DNA from: Bugula neritina
Taxonomy: Eukaryota > Animalia > Bryozoa
NCBI GenBank assembly: GCA_964035545.1
Contig: OZ037768.1
Location: 5,302,741 to 5,366,740 of the forward strand
Direction: 5' to 3'
Length of the DNA stretch: 64,000 bases
Shown here: positions 1 to 14,100 of the stretch, in pieces
Layout: each line of letters starts with the position of its first letter
How positions within the stretch are numbered: the stretch's first letter is position 1
Position numbers and translations under genes: made by a program
Notes under the pieces: model-generated
Databases searched by the model: none
Told to the model about the DNA's origin: nothing
What the model saw: only the letters and a program-made list of their open reading frames with translations

Positions 1-108
1 TGCAAAATCCTGACCCACACAATTTCAAGTGACTACAAAATCCGTGAACATCACAAAAACTAAATAATTGTTTCACTTGGATATATGTCTCTCATTATAT
101 ATACTCAC

Positions 109-1342
109 TTCAAAATGATCTTCATTTATTGATGGTTTTACAGGAAAATCTGGTAAAAATAAGCCTTCAATTTGAGAGACTGGCCAGGCAGTGCGAGACG
201 CCCTATTTTTGTCTGCTAATGTGTCGTCATTCCACTGCCGACGACTTTGCTGAGAGAACAGCCGGATAGATTTTTGGCTCTGTGAACCTGTTTTTAAAAC
301 ACAAAGTACAAAACTAAGATGAGGCGAGATAGTTTAATCACATGTTGACCACAGCTTGTATGCAGTATTTTTATACCCAACAGAATTAAGGCACAATGGA
401 CAGAGTGCTAAGCTACAAATTGTATATAATACAAACTATTAGCAAAGTTTGAAAAATAAAAGTTAAGTTGCACCTCTTCTAAATGATTGTCTAAATGATT
501 TAAATCTATCCGAGCCCGAAGCTCCAGGCGGAGTCTTCCCCAGGAAGGAAGCGAGTCTTACGGAGGAGCCGGCTTTACCCCAGAATGCAGATCCGGTTGT
601 CTTCGGGGGAAAGAATGACGTGTTTGCCCGAGTAACGCCCTGGAGATACAGCACACCAAGATATAGCTAGGACAATGGTATGTCAACATCCAAAGGGTGT
701 TTAGTTGGTAGTGCAGCAACCAGTATACAAGCTGAAGTAGGTTTAGTAACTTACAATATGTGTGTATTTTGGTCCGACATTTTGAATGATACAGTTTGAA
801 ATTAAGAGCTTTTTACTACCAGAAATCATGATTTTTCAAAGCAAGATATTGTGAGATTTACCAAAACCTTATCACAACTTGAAGCTCACACGAGTTACAA
901 TTATAGAGTTGGTTTCAGAGCTACAGATGTAAGGTTTAAAACAATTCTTATTTCCATAAAATATTTTAATATTGACAAAAACTTGTGAAATAATAGGGAC
1001 ACAAAACACCATAATTTTTTACTACGTTTGTTATACCAAGTTTATTTTTATAAAACTATCGTACTGCATTATTGCAGCTATAAAAATATACCGATCAACA
1101 GTTCACTTAGTAATTAGTAGAACAGAGAAGATAACAGTACTTACCAAATTTGCTCCATCATTGCTGGCTATGTGCACGCTACCATTAGCAACAGGTGCTG
1201 GAGCATTGTATGTTGCTAGGTAGTTAGTCGGATTGTTCTTTGGCAGCTCTCCATCGTGTCTATATACATTTTCTTTAAATCTATTGGGAGGCGACTTTTG
1301 ATATTTGTATTTCTGTCTTTGAGGAGAAGGTTTATTGCCCAT
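109..1342 (-). CDS. RSKR: Ribosomal protein S6 kinase-related kinase (RSKR/SGK494/S6KL-like), first three coding exons; continues off the left edge
   Basis: Exons 1342-1145, 639-474, 287-109 have GT-AG ends and consistent phases. Third exon encodes TAWPVSQIEGLFLPDFPVKP, matching the WP..LFLPEFP segment preceding the kinase domain in this family. Start MGNKPS fits N-myristoylation. The kinase domain itself is outside the window. Possible 5'UTR intron 1940-1861. Confidence 0.75.
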
Positions 1343-2094
1343 TACCCACTTCCATCGACTTAATTACGATAACAAGCAACTGGTAAATTATATATGAAAC
1401 TAACAGAGTTGGTAGTAGGAATGGTAATTAGGGAATTGCACTTTTACAATTGCTTTAATTTTCTATTTGCCTGAGCTAAAGTTTAGTAGCAGCTCTTGCA
1501 AGTTCGAGTTTCAGCTAAAACTTTTCAGTCTAAGGCTGTAACAGTTATTAAATTACTGCTAGTATTATGCTAATGTTACACCTGTCCTGATAGTTCACTA
1601 TAACTCTTTGGCTCACAATAAATAACTAATGGACAGATGGGAAGTCAGTGCAAGAGTTGGTATTCCGCACTCACAGTCTCTGCTAACTAATGGTGTTGCA
1701 CTTTTCTTTACTGCCTTGACTTAGCAACAACATAAAATGGAGACCTGGATTTGAGTCAGTCTCATAGTGATGGTATTGATTTTTATGGTAATTCCAGCAG
1801 GAGCAGTAGCTTGAAGTTGATAGAGTGAGTCCTGAGAAATTACTCTTAGCTTTGCTGCTACTAAAATTAAAAGAAAATATGTTTAAATCAAGTATAACTG
1901 CAAGTGGTAAACTAAAACAGCTACAAATATTTAGTCTTACTTATAAAAAATAAAAGTCACACTGTAATTCACTTTTACTTTTAGTTCTATATCCACATTG
2001 ATCTTGGTCGAGCTTGATTTTGAGCTTCAGTTTCAACACTATGGCCACCATAACTATGACTATCAATTCGCCAATATTTACAGAATAGTTAAAT

Positions 2095-2790
2095 ATTATA
2101 GTAAAGTTCAACTTTAAAATTCAAGTATAAGTATTTGTATAATATTAAGTAAGACTCTCAGTAACTCTACAGCATAATTATAGGTGTAACTTTAAGTATA
2201 ACTATAAGTTAAAGTACTCTACTTATAGTTATACTCAACTTATAGTTATATCTATAGTAACTACTACTAGTAACTAAGTAAGTATTACTTACTCTATAAG
2301 TAACTATAAGTATTACTATTAGTATACTGTCTATAGTAATAGTTATATACCTAAACTCACTTATACTTATAGTTATAGTATAAGTCTTAGTATAAAGTTT
2401 GCATTATGATTACAATTTAATTACAATTATAATCATAATGATAATTATTAATTACCATTAATATTATCATTGACATTATGATTATCATTATGATTATGTT
2501 TAATTTTACCTTTAAGTAACAAGAGTAACTAAGACTGAGAGTAAGAGTAAGTTAGCTAATAGTAATACTAATACTAATAGTAATAGTTATAGTACTTATA
2601 CTTATAGTAATACTTATACTAATACTAATAGTAATAGTAACAACTAACAGTATTACATTTAATATTACAGTATTAGTCTATTACTATTAGTATTAGTATT
2701 AGTATTACTATTAGTATTAGTATTAGTATAACTATGATAAGTATAATACTAATAGTAATACATTCAGCATTATAGACAACTAATATTCAA
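2095..2790. repeat. Degenerate AGT/ACT (AGTATT/AATACT/AGTAAT) low-complexity tract upstream of RSKR
   Basis: Runs such as tattagtattagtattagtattacta and aatagtaatactaatactaatag. Confidence 0.85.
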
Positions 2791-5171
2791 GTTATCAAAA
2801 TAATTCAGTTCCTTAGTAGGTCATGATTCATGAGTTAATGTTTAATTTTGTATGACTTGATAGTGATAGTCAAAAATACAACAACCAACCTCAGATAAGG
2901 CTTTGACTGATGAGTCTCCGAGACTGCTGATTATTCCTCCAAAATGCAAAGGCAGTGCCTTTCATTAGTATCGCTATTATTTTGGAAATATCGATAAGCA
3001 GAAAAGTCCCATAAAGCTTACTATTTTGAACACAAAGAGCAGCTACTTCCATAAGAGGATAACTCTAAGCATAAGCCCAAAGATAAATGAAGTAGTGCCA
3101 TATTACTATTCAAAAATTACACATCACCATTTACATGTTATATTTACAGCTAAGCAATATTCAATATCTATAGCCTACAATAAGAAAAAAATAATACTTG
3201 CATGCTCAACCCCACAAATTGTAAAACAAGAATGCAATAACTTTATAGACTATAGTCATAAGCAAACTGACCAAATGATTGTAAAGATTACTCTCAATTA
3301 TCAAATGCATACATCAAAATATACAGAAATGGACTCTTCAGGGACTAGTGAAAACAAACTTATAACAAAATATACAGTGTAATGTAAATGTGAGGTCTTC
3401 TTGTACATAATTTTTGTGCCAACGATTGATAGTGCGCAAAAATATTTTGACCAGCAGTTAATTACAAATAAAAGCCCTGTAAAATATCATATGTACTACA
3501 TAATAGATCAGCTGTAACAAGTGAGTGTAAATAGTTACCTTATATTAAAAGCTAGCCTTACACTTATAATTTTAAACTGATTATAATACAACTGTCGTAC
3601 ATTACAATAATAAGTAAGAATATATTTTAGAACTATTTCAACTTGCAGCTACAACATAATTAATGATTTATTGATTAGTTTCCAAGCAACTCAACTTAAA
3701 GTTTAGAAGGGCTCCTTTTGTGCATATGAAGCTGTAGTGAGATTGCAAGCAGGTGCTCACATGTGTCCAGTATCTGTAGGACAATGTTCTATACTCTATC
3801 TTCAGTGTTATTTGGAGACAATCTTTTCTTTACTACAAAATCTTTACATAGCCTCTAGGTGGAATGTTCTACAGAACTGGTAGGAAGATATGAATAAGTA
3901 AGTTTTTGCAATAATATTTTCTATCTTTATTGATGCTTCATGTACTAAATTGCACTGTATTTTGTTGGTCTCATGCTGAAAACAATTATTTAAAGTTTTT
4001 ATTTCATGTTTCAATAAAATTTCAGCATACGTTTTGCATGTTGTCAAGTTGTTCTTAACAGCTGTATAATATGTTCATATTTTTGTCCTGTTAATCTAAT
4101 GTCAATATAATACATTATGATCTTATATAATAACAAATACTCACACCATGTAATATACACTAATAAAGGCACATATGTTAATTAAAGATCCAGTTCACTA
4201 TACAAAAGCATTTAGCTAAAAGAGTATTGATAGTTTTACATTACTATGCTATTGGTATTAATTTGTATTATAAATAATTGGTATTGAGAATGGTTTACAA
4301 GATGAAAGTAAGCCTGCCAGAATAAGTATGTAGTTAGTGATTTAGTATTGAATAATTTATAATTTTATTGTCAAAAGAAAGAAGTCCTAAGTGACAAATA
4401 AAATAAATATATAAAACCATGTATGTAAAAAAAGTATACATTTTACATATTGCTTAAAGTGATGCGAAATAATCATTTTATCAAAAGATGAAAACATTCA
4501 TTGTATATACAATTGCCTACATTCTCAACCAAAATAAGGTGTCAATTATTATGCATAGAAACGGTTTTTGTCAACATAGCATAATATAATATAGGGGCCT
4601 GGCTTCAACTTTGATTTTATCCGTTAGCAAGTAATTATATTTTATTTTGCCATGTTCATTGAATTTCTACCAGATATAACATGAACTATACAAGACTGCA
4701 TTCAATAATTGTAAAATATTTCATATTATCATATTTTGACTTAAAATTGCAATTTTGGACTAACAACACCACATAATTCAGTCTAACAAAGGCGGTGTAT
4801 AGAGAACTCAACCAACAAAATAAGGGTATTCTGTTTTAAGTCAATTATAAATGCTTTATACTTAGTTTGCACTGTTAAAAAATAGTTGGAGCTACAACAT
4901 TCCTAAAACCATATAAATTATTAAAGCACTAACAATTTTATCATTATAAAATGTCAATAATACAATAATGCACAAATCATTATAGACCACAAAAAATAGC
5001 AGTTTGAGACTTCGGGGTGGGGCGGGAGAGGGACGCCACCTTACAGCTACATGCACACATAACTGCAAATTATTTGAAATCGACAGTGAGATGGACGTAA
5101 CTAACTCAGTCTATAATAATCATGATGACAAGTCAGCTAATAATTACACAGAATATTCTAGAAGCACAAGG

Positions 5172-8100
5172 TCAAGGCTGAATAACTCTGACAGGAGCCA
5201 TCTGAGTGGAGCAGAACCCGCAGGCCAGTTTACATTTCTTAGACATGAGTTTAGGAAAGATATGACAGGCCTGGGTTTGAGCCCACCTCTCACAGTTCCG
5301 ATCTACATTCATGCAAAGTCCGGGCTGGCAGTATTCGCATGAGTATGGACAACTCTTCTCCATTTCTACTTTGTCAGTATTACAGAATCCTTGCCGGGCT
5401 TTACGCTTGCAATCCGATGACCTGTCATAGCATTCACCTGAAAACCACCCAAGTCAGTCAACAATGTCTTTTTGCAAAGATAAATGTCAAGAAATGCAGC
5501 TTATGTATTTTAGATTTATTTTCCATCTATTCCAAGTTTGGTAGAACTTGGAATCAAGCAGAAACCGTCACCCGCACAGGATCACGGCGGTAAAAAGTGA
5601 CCAAAGGTGACCGTTTTATCTATTCCAAGTTTTCAAAAACAGCACCCATTGTAAAAACAGCATTAGTGAACAAGTGTGGATGAGAAAAGTTTCTCAAAAT
5701 ATTGTCTATATTAGATAAATGGTACAGTTTTATGCTTTTGAAAATTTTAATTATTTTATATATATATATATAACTTCTCAACGTCTAATTGATGAAAAGA
5801 AACCACAATTCCTAAAATACCTTTATTTTAAAAAAGTTTCCATAAAAATAGTATTCTACAAACTTGGGTTCTATTTAAGGTGACCAACATACAGAGACAA
5901 AGATAATCCATTCTCTATTAGCATGCTCACCCTTAACAAAGATTCCCCCAACCTCTTTTTCTAACACTGTCGTAGTACAGAGATTGCATGAGACTTTGCA
6001 GTTGTCTCTGACATAAACATTAACATCACAATAGTCAGCAGAGGTGTCAGCCCAGGCAGCACACGACTCGTGCAAGTCAGCACAGCCTAACAAATGTACA
6101 AAACCGTGTTACCTGCTTGTGTACAAATTCAACAGTCAAACATGAGGAATCGTTGCCTAACAAATGTACAGAGCACAGTGCGTGTCACATGCTTGCCTAC
6201 AAGTTCAACAGTCAAGTATTGCTGCTGAAAAGAAAACTTTTGAAAGTATGAAAAACAGGTAAATATCTTTGCAATAGTTACGTTATATAATACAGACAGA
6301 AAAGCACTCTATCTGTTGTTGAAACTTAGCATGACACTTTACAAAACTAGCTTACTCTTCACTATAAAGCTAACGTATCGAACTACCCATGATGTTGTAA
6401 CAAGCAATAACTTCCTATAAAACTGATTTAATGTCAGCATTTAGATAATTAACAGAAATAATCAACTGACCAGGTGGAGGAGGAGTGACTGTGGTGGTAG
6501 ACAGAACAGCAGGTGGTGTTAGGGTAGGAGTTGTCATTTCAGTGATTGTCTCCCCAATGCCACCACATGTACCACAAGTTTTTGCACAGTTGGTATGCAT
6601 AAAGCCAGGGTTTATATCACAGTGTCCAGACCTGCTCCAGCTCTCGCATTCCTCGTTTGATGGGTGAAGATTGGTGCAAAGTACTGAAGTTGTAATTGGC
6701 GGTACAAGATCACCTAATAATATTATGTAAGGAAACTTATATACATATACAATAGCACGGCCAGGGTAAAAGTTAGAACCCAAGTTTGAAGTCTTGGTTG
6801 TTTGCAATATTCATTCTACGGCAGAAAAGAAGTGCACATAATTGATTAACGTCATTGACAATGCTGACAAGGTAATAGCTTGTCAAGCTTGCAGGTGGTG
6901 TTCTTGCATTTGCTGTGGATAAACAATTTTGCATTATAAGCAAAGCTACATTACAAGCAAACATTAGGGCATGATACAACTTCTCAAAAACTAGCTGCTC
7001 ACACTATGATTTGAAAATTCTGAAACAATATTTAAAAATTAACAAAACCGAGGCAATCTCGAGAGCTTACATTGTTTGCAGGCTTTAGCACAGTTGCTTA
7101 GCATCCAGCTAGGGTTGTCTAAACACTGATTATTGTCCGCCCATTCCATACATTGACTATCATCTCCATACTTGTTAGCACAGACAACAGACCTGTAAAA
7201 TTACACTGGTGTAGAGTACGTGGTGAGTTGATCAACTTATATAGGCACACAAATCATACCTTCACTGCATTATATACTATACAAATCACACCTTCACTGC
7301 ATCATATACTATACAAAAGAAGCAGAAAAGGCCTCTAAAGTACTATTTTCTTATGGTCTTTAGTCGGCAACTCAACAACACTATAAGTATATATCAGTTT
7401 ACAATTAATACAAGAAATTCAACAATATTAAATGATCAGTTCAAGTTTCTAACTAAAATGTAACAAATTTGAAATAACAAGAGAATGTCAATAGAAAAAT
7501 TTGACATCAACCTACTTACCTTGTGCATAGCTTACAAGACAAAGCACAATTTTCATGCATCCAGGAAGGGTTGCTCTTACAGTGCCCGTACTTTGCCCAA
7601 GCCTCGCAATCTGCATCTTTACCATATTTGTTCTTACAGTCGGATACTACATGTAGAGATAAGCAATACTTAAAACACACAGATACAGCTTTGGAAACAC
7701 CAGAGGGTGTTACGATAAAGGGAACACCAGATGCATGATGCAAGAGACCAAATACTGTCCTGACATAACTGTAAGACAGGAGGCATTGAAAGCAGAGTAT
7801 GAAACACAATATTGGTTTAGAAAAGACATTATATTCTTGTTGAGTTGAATACTATCAGCTTATTTCATCTGCATGTAATTTAGCCTTGCATCATTGTAAT
7901 TAAAGCAAACACATTATAAAATATAAGTAAAAAGCTTCAAAATCATGGTGGAACTGAAGCTTTGCAGACTAACAGTAATTTGTGGGTTTTTATATTTGAT
8001 AAGTTCGTGAGTACTAGCACTTGGGATGAGTTCATATATCTATTGGGTCAACCTAAACAACCAATACATACATGAGATATATCTGCATCTACTACTCAAG

Positions 8101-11100
8101 GTTATTGTGTGGCTGTTAGTTGGTATCACGTGGTGGACAGTCAGTTTGCTTAGAGAAGAGAATAGTCGGAGTCATCTTACCACTTGGAGATACAGTTGGC
8201 TTAGAAGTTGTTCTCTCTTGAGTTACTGAAGGAAGCTCTGTGACATCAGTAGATGTAATCACTACAGGGCTTAGTGTAGAAGTTGGAGGACATTCCACCA
8301 GCACACAACCAACCATCTCGTCCTGAGTGCCTCTGGAACCTTCATCACATCTTCTGGTCCGGGACTTCATACCAGTACCACAGGTCCTACTACAACCGGT
8401 CCAGGCCGACCAGTCACTCCAGCCATCACATTGTCCTGCAGAGAGTATATATGTCTTGTTACTCATCTAACAGCAAGAATGTATACGCGGCTGAGAGCTT
8501 TAGATGTGACATTACGAAGTAAGAAAAGAGCTACAGTTGTGGAATGCATAGGGAGTAGCAAAGTATGCGCAAAACAAGTATAATAGAACACAACTCCAAA
8601 CATCTTTAAAAATATGAGTGCAATAAACTGTAATAGCACAAAACAAACAGGTTTCAGCCAAAAGTATTGAGATTATGATGACAAACCAGCACTGGAGCCA
8701 CACTGGGTGCAAGACTTCCTACACTGAGGCAACATAAACAGAGGGTTCTTGTAGCATTCGCCTGTCGACTGCCAATGGTCACACTTGGCTGGGTTTGTCG
8801 TGTACTTGTTGCTACATCTGTCTGTATAATTATAACTACATGATAGCAGTATTGGTTCACATCTCCACATTTAGATGAGATATTATTTATTAACATTGAA
8901 AAAATAATGCAGTTTAGACATTGGAAAGTGGAACGAAAACAAATCCTAATATGTGGTAAGATAATACTAAAGAGAGTGGACTATAGCTGATACAAGGAGA
9001 GTACACTGTAGCTGTTACCGGGTGGTGGGGGCAAGTTTGTACAGAACTTGCAGGATCTCTGGCAGTTTTCACTCATCCAAGGCTTGTTACTCTCACACTG
9101 TTTGTCTGCAGCCCACATGTCACACTGAGCGTCATTCTAAAGCAGAACAACAGCCCAGCTCACAACTACACGCCATGTACAGGGTCAGGAGATAGTCTGA
9201 ACAAAGTCTTGTAGGTAATGGTATTTAGATGAGAAATAACTGATGAAAATTATCCCAAACATAGATGTTGATATTCTTTGAAAATAATATGAAAGATATA
9301 TATCCTGAATTTGGAAAGAATTCTTTAAATGACACTCACATGTTTATTGACACAGTCACATCTGCTGCAACTCTTCTGACAGTTTGGAATCATCCAACTA
9401 GGGTTACCACTGCACTCACCCTGACGAGCCCATTTCTCACACCTGCTATCTTTGTCAGCGCATGGTCTGGCTTCACCTGTATGTAGTTAACACAGACTGA
9501 CATCATTTCATTACCAACACCACACAGAAGACAAGATTACTTGAAGACATATTTCAAAATTCGTTAACAATCTAATGACACCAGAAACAATGTGAACAAA
9601 ATGAATACAATCGATATGACAAAAACATGTGTACTAACCTATAGGTAGCTCGGTGCCATCACAAGCATTGCAGGCTTTCCTACAGTATCTTCCCATCCAT
9701 TCAGGGGAGAGACTGCACTCACCCGCCTCAGCCAGGTCAAGACAGGCGGCATCATTATGGTACTCATTGTAACAACTCCCACCTGACACAAGACACACAG
9801 TTTCTCAGTCTAAGTATTCTGCTTCATTGACCAATCACCAGCATGTATACTAACATGGCTGTATGTGTGCAAGGAGACACTAATTTTCTGCAGCCGAGCT
9901 TAATACTGGGATTATGAAGCCAGTAGAAATGTGTGTGACACAAATAATATATAATGCACACATAACAGTGATTTTGGTAATTTAATACTATCCAAATTTG
10001 ATTGGCTATAAAATGGAACTATAAATAACTGGTCAACAATCAACCAATAACAGCAAAGCTTACATTTGCCGCAAGCCTTGGCACAGTTCTCATTCATATA
10101 GTCGGGGTTTTCTTTACATTCGCCAACAGAAGCGTCGGCATAACATTTAGCATCTTCCTTGTTGTTAACACATCCTGCAACATGTGACCAGTTGGTACTA
10201 AAGTTTAACACTTCATGTGCGTGCAGGGACAATAAGTATAAAACATGGCAGTATCTTCTATTGGTTGATTAACTCATGAATCATAATACAACACAGTAGT
10301 TAGGACAGAGTAACAATATAGACACAATTTGTCAACTAATCATTACAGTCTGTTTCCTGAAGATATGATTGCCACCTGTGCTAGATGAAATGAACAACAA
10401 AATAGGGGACTACCTGGGGACCCCAAGACCAAATGTAGTCCTAAGGCAATATTTGGCCTGAAGCTCTTAAAGTCTGGTTTTTAACACTTGGCAAAAAATT
10501 TAAATATAGCTGTATGTGTTAACTAGATTCAGTTGCGGGGAAAACAGGTAATATGGGCGTATAACTGCTTTAATTTATAACATTTCAGTTAAACTAAAAC
10601 CATTAATTAGTTGGTCTAAAGCCCTGTAAAAAGTGCTGAATGTTTGTTAATGAAAAGACGGTTGTGTGAAACATAAGACTACCTTCAGGAGGGTTGGTGC
10701 AGATTCCACAAGTGTGGCGGCAGTTGGCCCACATCCAAGCTAAGTGTCTCTCACAGTGACCCAGCCTCTTCCACTCAGCACACTGACGTCTGTCAGGGTA
10801 AAGATCTCTACAGTCTAGAAAAACGTTCTAGATGACGACAGTTGGGACACATAATGTTACAATAGTTACAGTTTCGATTACATTCAGCAACAGCTTAGAC
10901 ACATAGCTTCGTGTTGTACATGAAATAAAACAAATCCAGAAAATATTTTAATATCTAGTTATTTAATGTATTGTTTTCTGTTATGATGCAATGAAATGAG
11001 TAGTTAGTATCTAAATATAAATCTATGCTGTACATACCTGAGGGTGATTTGCACCAGCCGCAACTTGCCTTACAATTGTACGACATCCAAGCTGGGTTGG

Positions 11101-14100
11101 CACTACATTCACCAGTTGCAGCATATGTATCACAATCTTCATTATCAAATCTACAAAATATGAAATACTTCAAACATCTGCAAGATACTTTTCTACATGA
11201 TATAGAAAATCATCAGAAAATTATTATATATTTATAAATGCTATATAGTACAATACAAACGACGAAAAGGAATACACATGAAGGCTGTAAGCTCACCGGT
11301 TAGTGCATGACTTGGCTGGTAGCTCAACTTGATCTACTCTGTTACATTTACCACACGATTTTCTGCAGTTTTTGATCATCCATATTGGATTGAGAGAACA
11401 TTGACCTGATTCCCTCCATGTTTCACATTCCGTCTCGTTAGCATGGGAGTTCCTACAATCATAACAGTTGAGTTATGCTGCCCTGCTATTCTATGGCACC
11501 CTTATATCTGTTTATCCCGTATATGCTGTATGGGCTGTAGAAATCGTTGAACCAACAACCAAGCCTCTCAATACTAAGTAGATGTAGGCAGTGAAGAGTT
11601 GTCTTTCCACATTTATTTTTTCACGAATTACATATTTATATGACTTTAGTCATATAAATATGTAATCCGTAGAAAAATGAATAAAGACACACCAACTAGA
11701 CTTTTTAAACATTAGATCTTCTATATAATTTATTTATAAACTACTTTGTAAAAACTCATCTCAGCTAAATACTGTGCAAAACTTTGTCTTTTTAGCATGA
11801 ATCTAGATAAATACATATCTTTAGTACGACAAGCTACACCCCACAAATAAAACAAGCTAATGTGATTTCATATATAATGTTGCTTAAAATTTAGACAACT
11901 GCAGTTTTGGACTAGATTTTAAGTGACATAAGCCAATTATACATGACTTTAGCAGATTTACTACTCAGAGCTGTATATAAGTAATATATGGATGTTCAGT
12001 CAGTTCTTACCAGCACTCAGGGGTAGGTATTGGAGGAACTTTAGGGTAAGTCTGGCAGTCACTGCTCCCAGATGGACAAATACATAAACACTCTTTACCT
12101 ACATAACCACCTCCACCGCATCTGATATTCTTGTCACAGTGAGCTAAAAACAGATTATATGATATTGCACGCTGTGTAGTTCTCAAGACAAAATATGGTT
12201 AGAATAGTAAAAAAGAAGTAAAAAAGTACAAATTTAAATATAATTTTCTTATCTTCCACAGTTAGGTATTGATTAAAAAAAACAGATGTTTAACATACCA
12301 TTACAGTTATATAGAACATTAACAGCTTTAATATCGTTGAAAGACAACTCCTTCTTATACACTCTGCCTATACTACTTTCCAATGACTTGTCTCTCGCCT
12401 TTATAGTCTGAGATTTATCATCATATGAAAACGCCTACAACACAACTCATGACCAATAAAACACATCATGATTGCGGTATTTGACAAATTATTTTCCCAA
12501 CAACATTAGACACACATTAAGTAACTTTACTCAATAAGTCAGGTGTTTGAAACTGTCAAATATCAACTGTCATTACTGATCTCAGAGTGTTGTCTTATTA
12601 GATAACCATAAATTAGTAGCATGCAGGATATAAGTACAATCTTTAAGTGTTACAGGCAGAATAAGTACTGCTCAAGAGTAGAGTAAGTATCGTCTTTAAG
12701 CATCACAGAAGTAGTAAGTACCACAAGAGGAGTAAGTTTCACAGAAGGAGTAAGTCTCACAGGAGGAGTAAGTATTGCAGAAGTAGTAAATACTGTCTGC
12801 ACTGTAAATTTCCACACTTACATTGATCCCATAATGCATCACAGAAGTGAAGTCGTAAGGAACTTCACTTTCTTTGGAGATTTCATTCTGAGAATACTTA
12901 TTGAACCACTGCTTCCATTCAGGTTTAACATTTCTCCACACAATATCAATATGGTTGTCTCTGTTAGGCAGCTGGTGTTCATGAACTAGCCCGAGAGCGT
13001 GCCCTATCTCATGCAGGTACAACCCTTTCTGTCAAAATATCAGTCATTCCAATAACATATATAGGTAGTAATTAATTCTAAGAATATGTATATATATAGA
13101 TAGCAATTATCAATTATCAATACAACGGGATTCAAGTCTTGTTGAAAAGGTTATGACTGTATGGCATTTAGCAGTGAGTCAATGCTGTAAAAGGTCACTA
13201 AGTTGACCTCCAGGTGAAAGGATATGGCAGCATATGGCTCAGACACACCCATGTGATGTGCAAGTTGACTCGGTAGGGTCACTTCTACTTCTTCTTAATT
13301 AGAATAAAAGTAATCAACTTAAAAAAATGATATTTAGTAGTTAAAAAGTTGTCAGTAAAAAGTTTATTAAAACATTAAATACAACCAGCTGCTGTGATGC
13401 TATAATTTAAAAGTTGATTAAACAGTTAGGGTTGAAAAACTAAAATGATTTTAGAGCAGTTGGGTTGCAAGACAAAGAAATGAACTTGAATAAAAAAGGG
13501 ATTTAATTTAATGTAAAAAGTAAAAGTTTGGCAAGTCTGTTTACAAGTTCAACAATAGTCTAAAGTAGACAACATTGTATTATAGCACTGTTGTTATAAA
13601 AGCTTTCAGAGAAAAAGCTATTAAAAGCTTTCAATTAAATATCTAATTTTTCTGTATATACAGATTTTCCTTTCTCCTACTATTCAACTAGCTAACATGT
13701 TCTGTGCACAAAACACTTATTTATTCTACAGACAAAGATCCAGTATAGCATAGACTAAGATCCAACCTGAAACAGTAAAAGTGAAGCTGGGGACTTACGA
13801 ATCTGCAGCCCGGAGCCTCTAGGTTAAGTGACTGAGCTCCTCCAACCCTACCCAGCTGTGAGTTACAACTGCAATACAGCATAACAACTGAAGAGGGTGA
13901 CCAGAGAAATCTTTGATCAACTAGTTAATAGCTGCAGTGTGACAAACACTAAAATGGTTGGTTAGTCAGTGGTTGATGAGCAGCACATACCCAATTCCAT
14001 TCTGAAAGACTAGCTTATTTACATCTGAGCTGTTGGATGGCCTAAACATCACACACGTGTACTGCTCCCATTCCTGCATAGCCAAGTGTATGATGGCTCT

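Noticed and set aside
2907-2930. Hammerhead ribozyme-like CTGATGA followed by stem gtct/agac
   Set aside because: The required GAAA after stem II is absent (tgctg) and I see no stems I and III.
3026-4047. ORFs 3026-3382 and 3844-4047
   Set aside because: Non-ATG starts, AT-biased composition, no motif and no consistent splice chain.
12696-12821. Cys-repeat tail (YSSCET)n on the astacin catalytic ORF
   Set aside because: Read-through into an intronic 18-bp minisatellite past a strong GTAAGT donor at 12821.
13128-13300. Possible second SINE-like fragment (B-box-like ggattcaagtc)
   Set aside because: No A box or recognisable core, and no second copy in the window.
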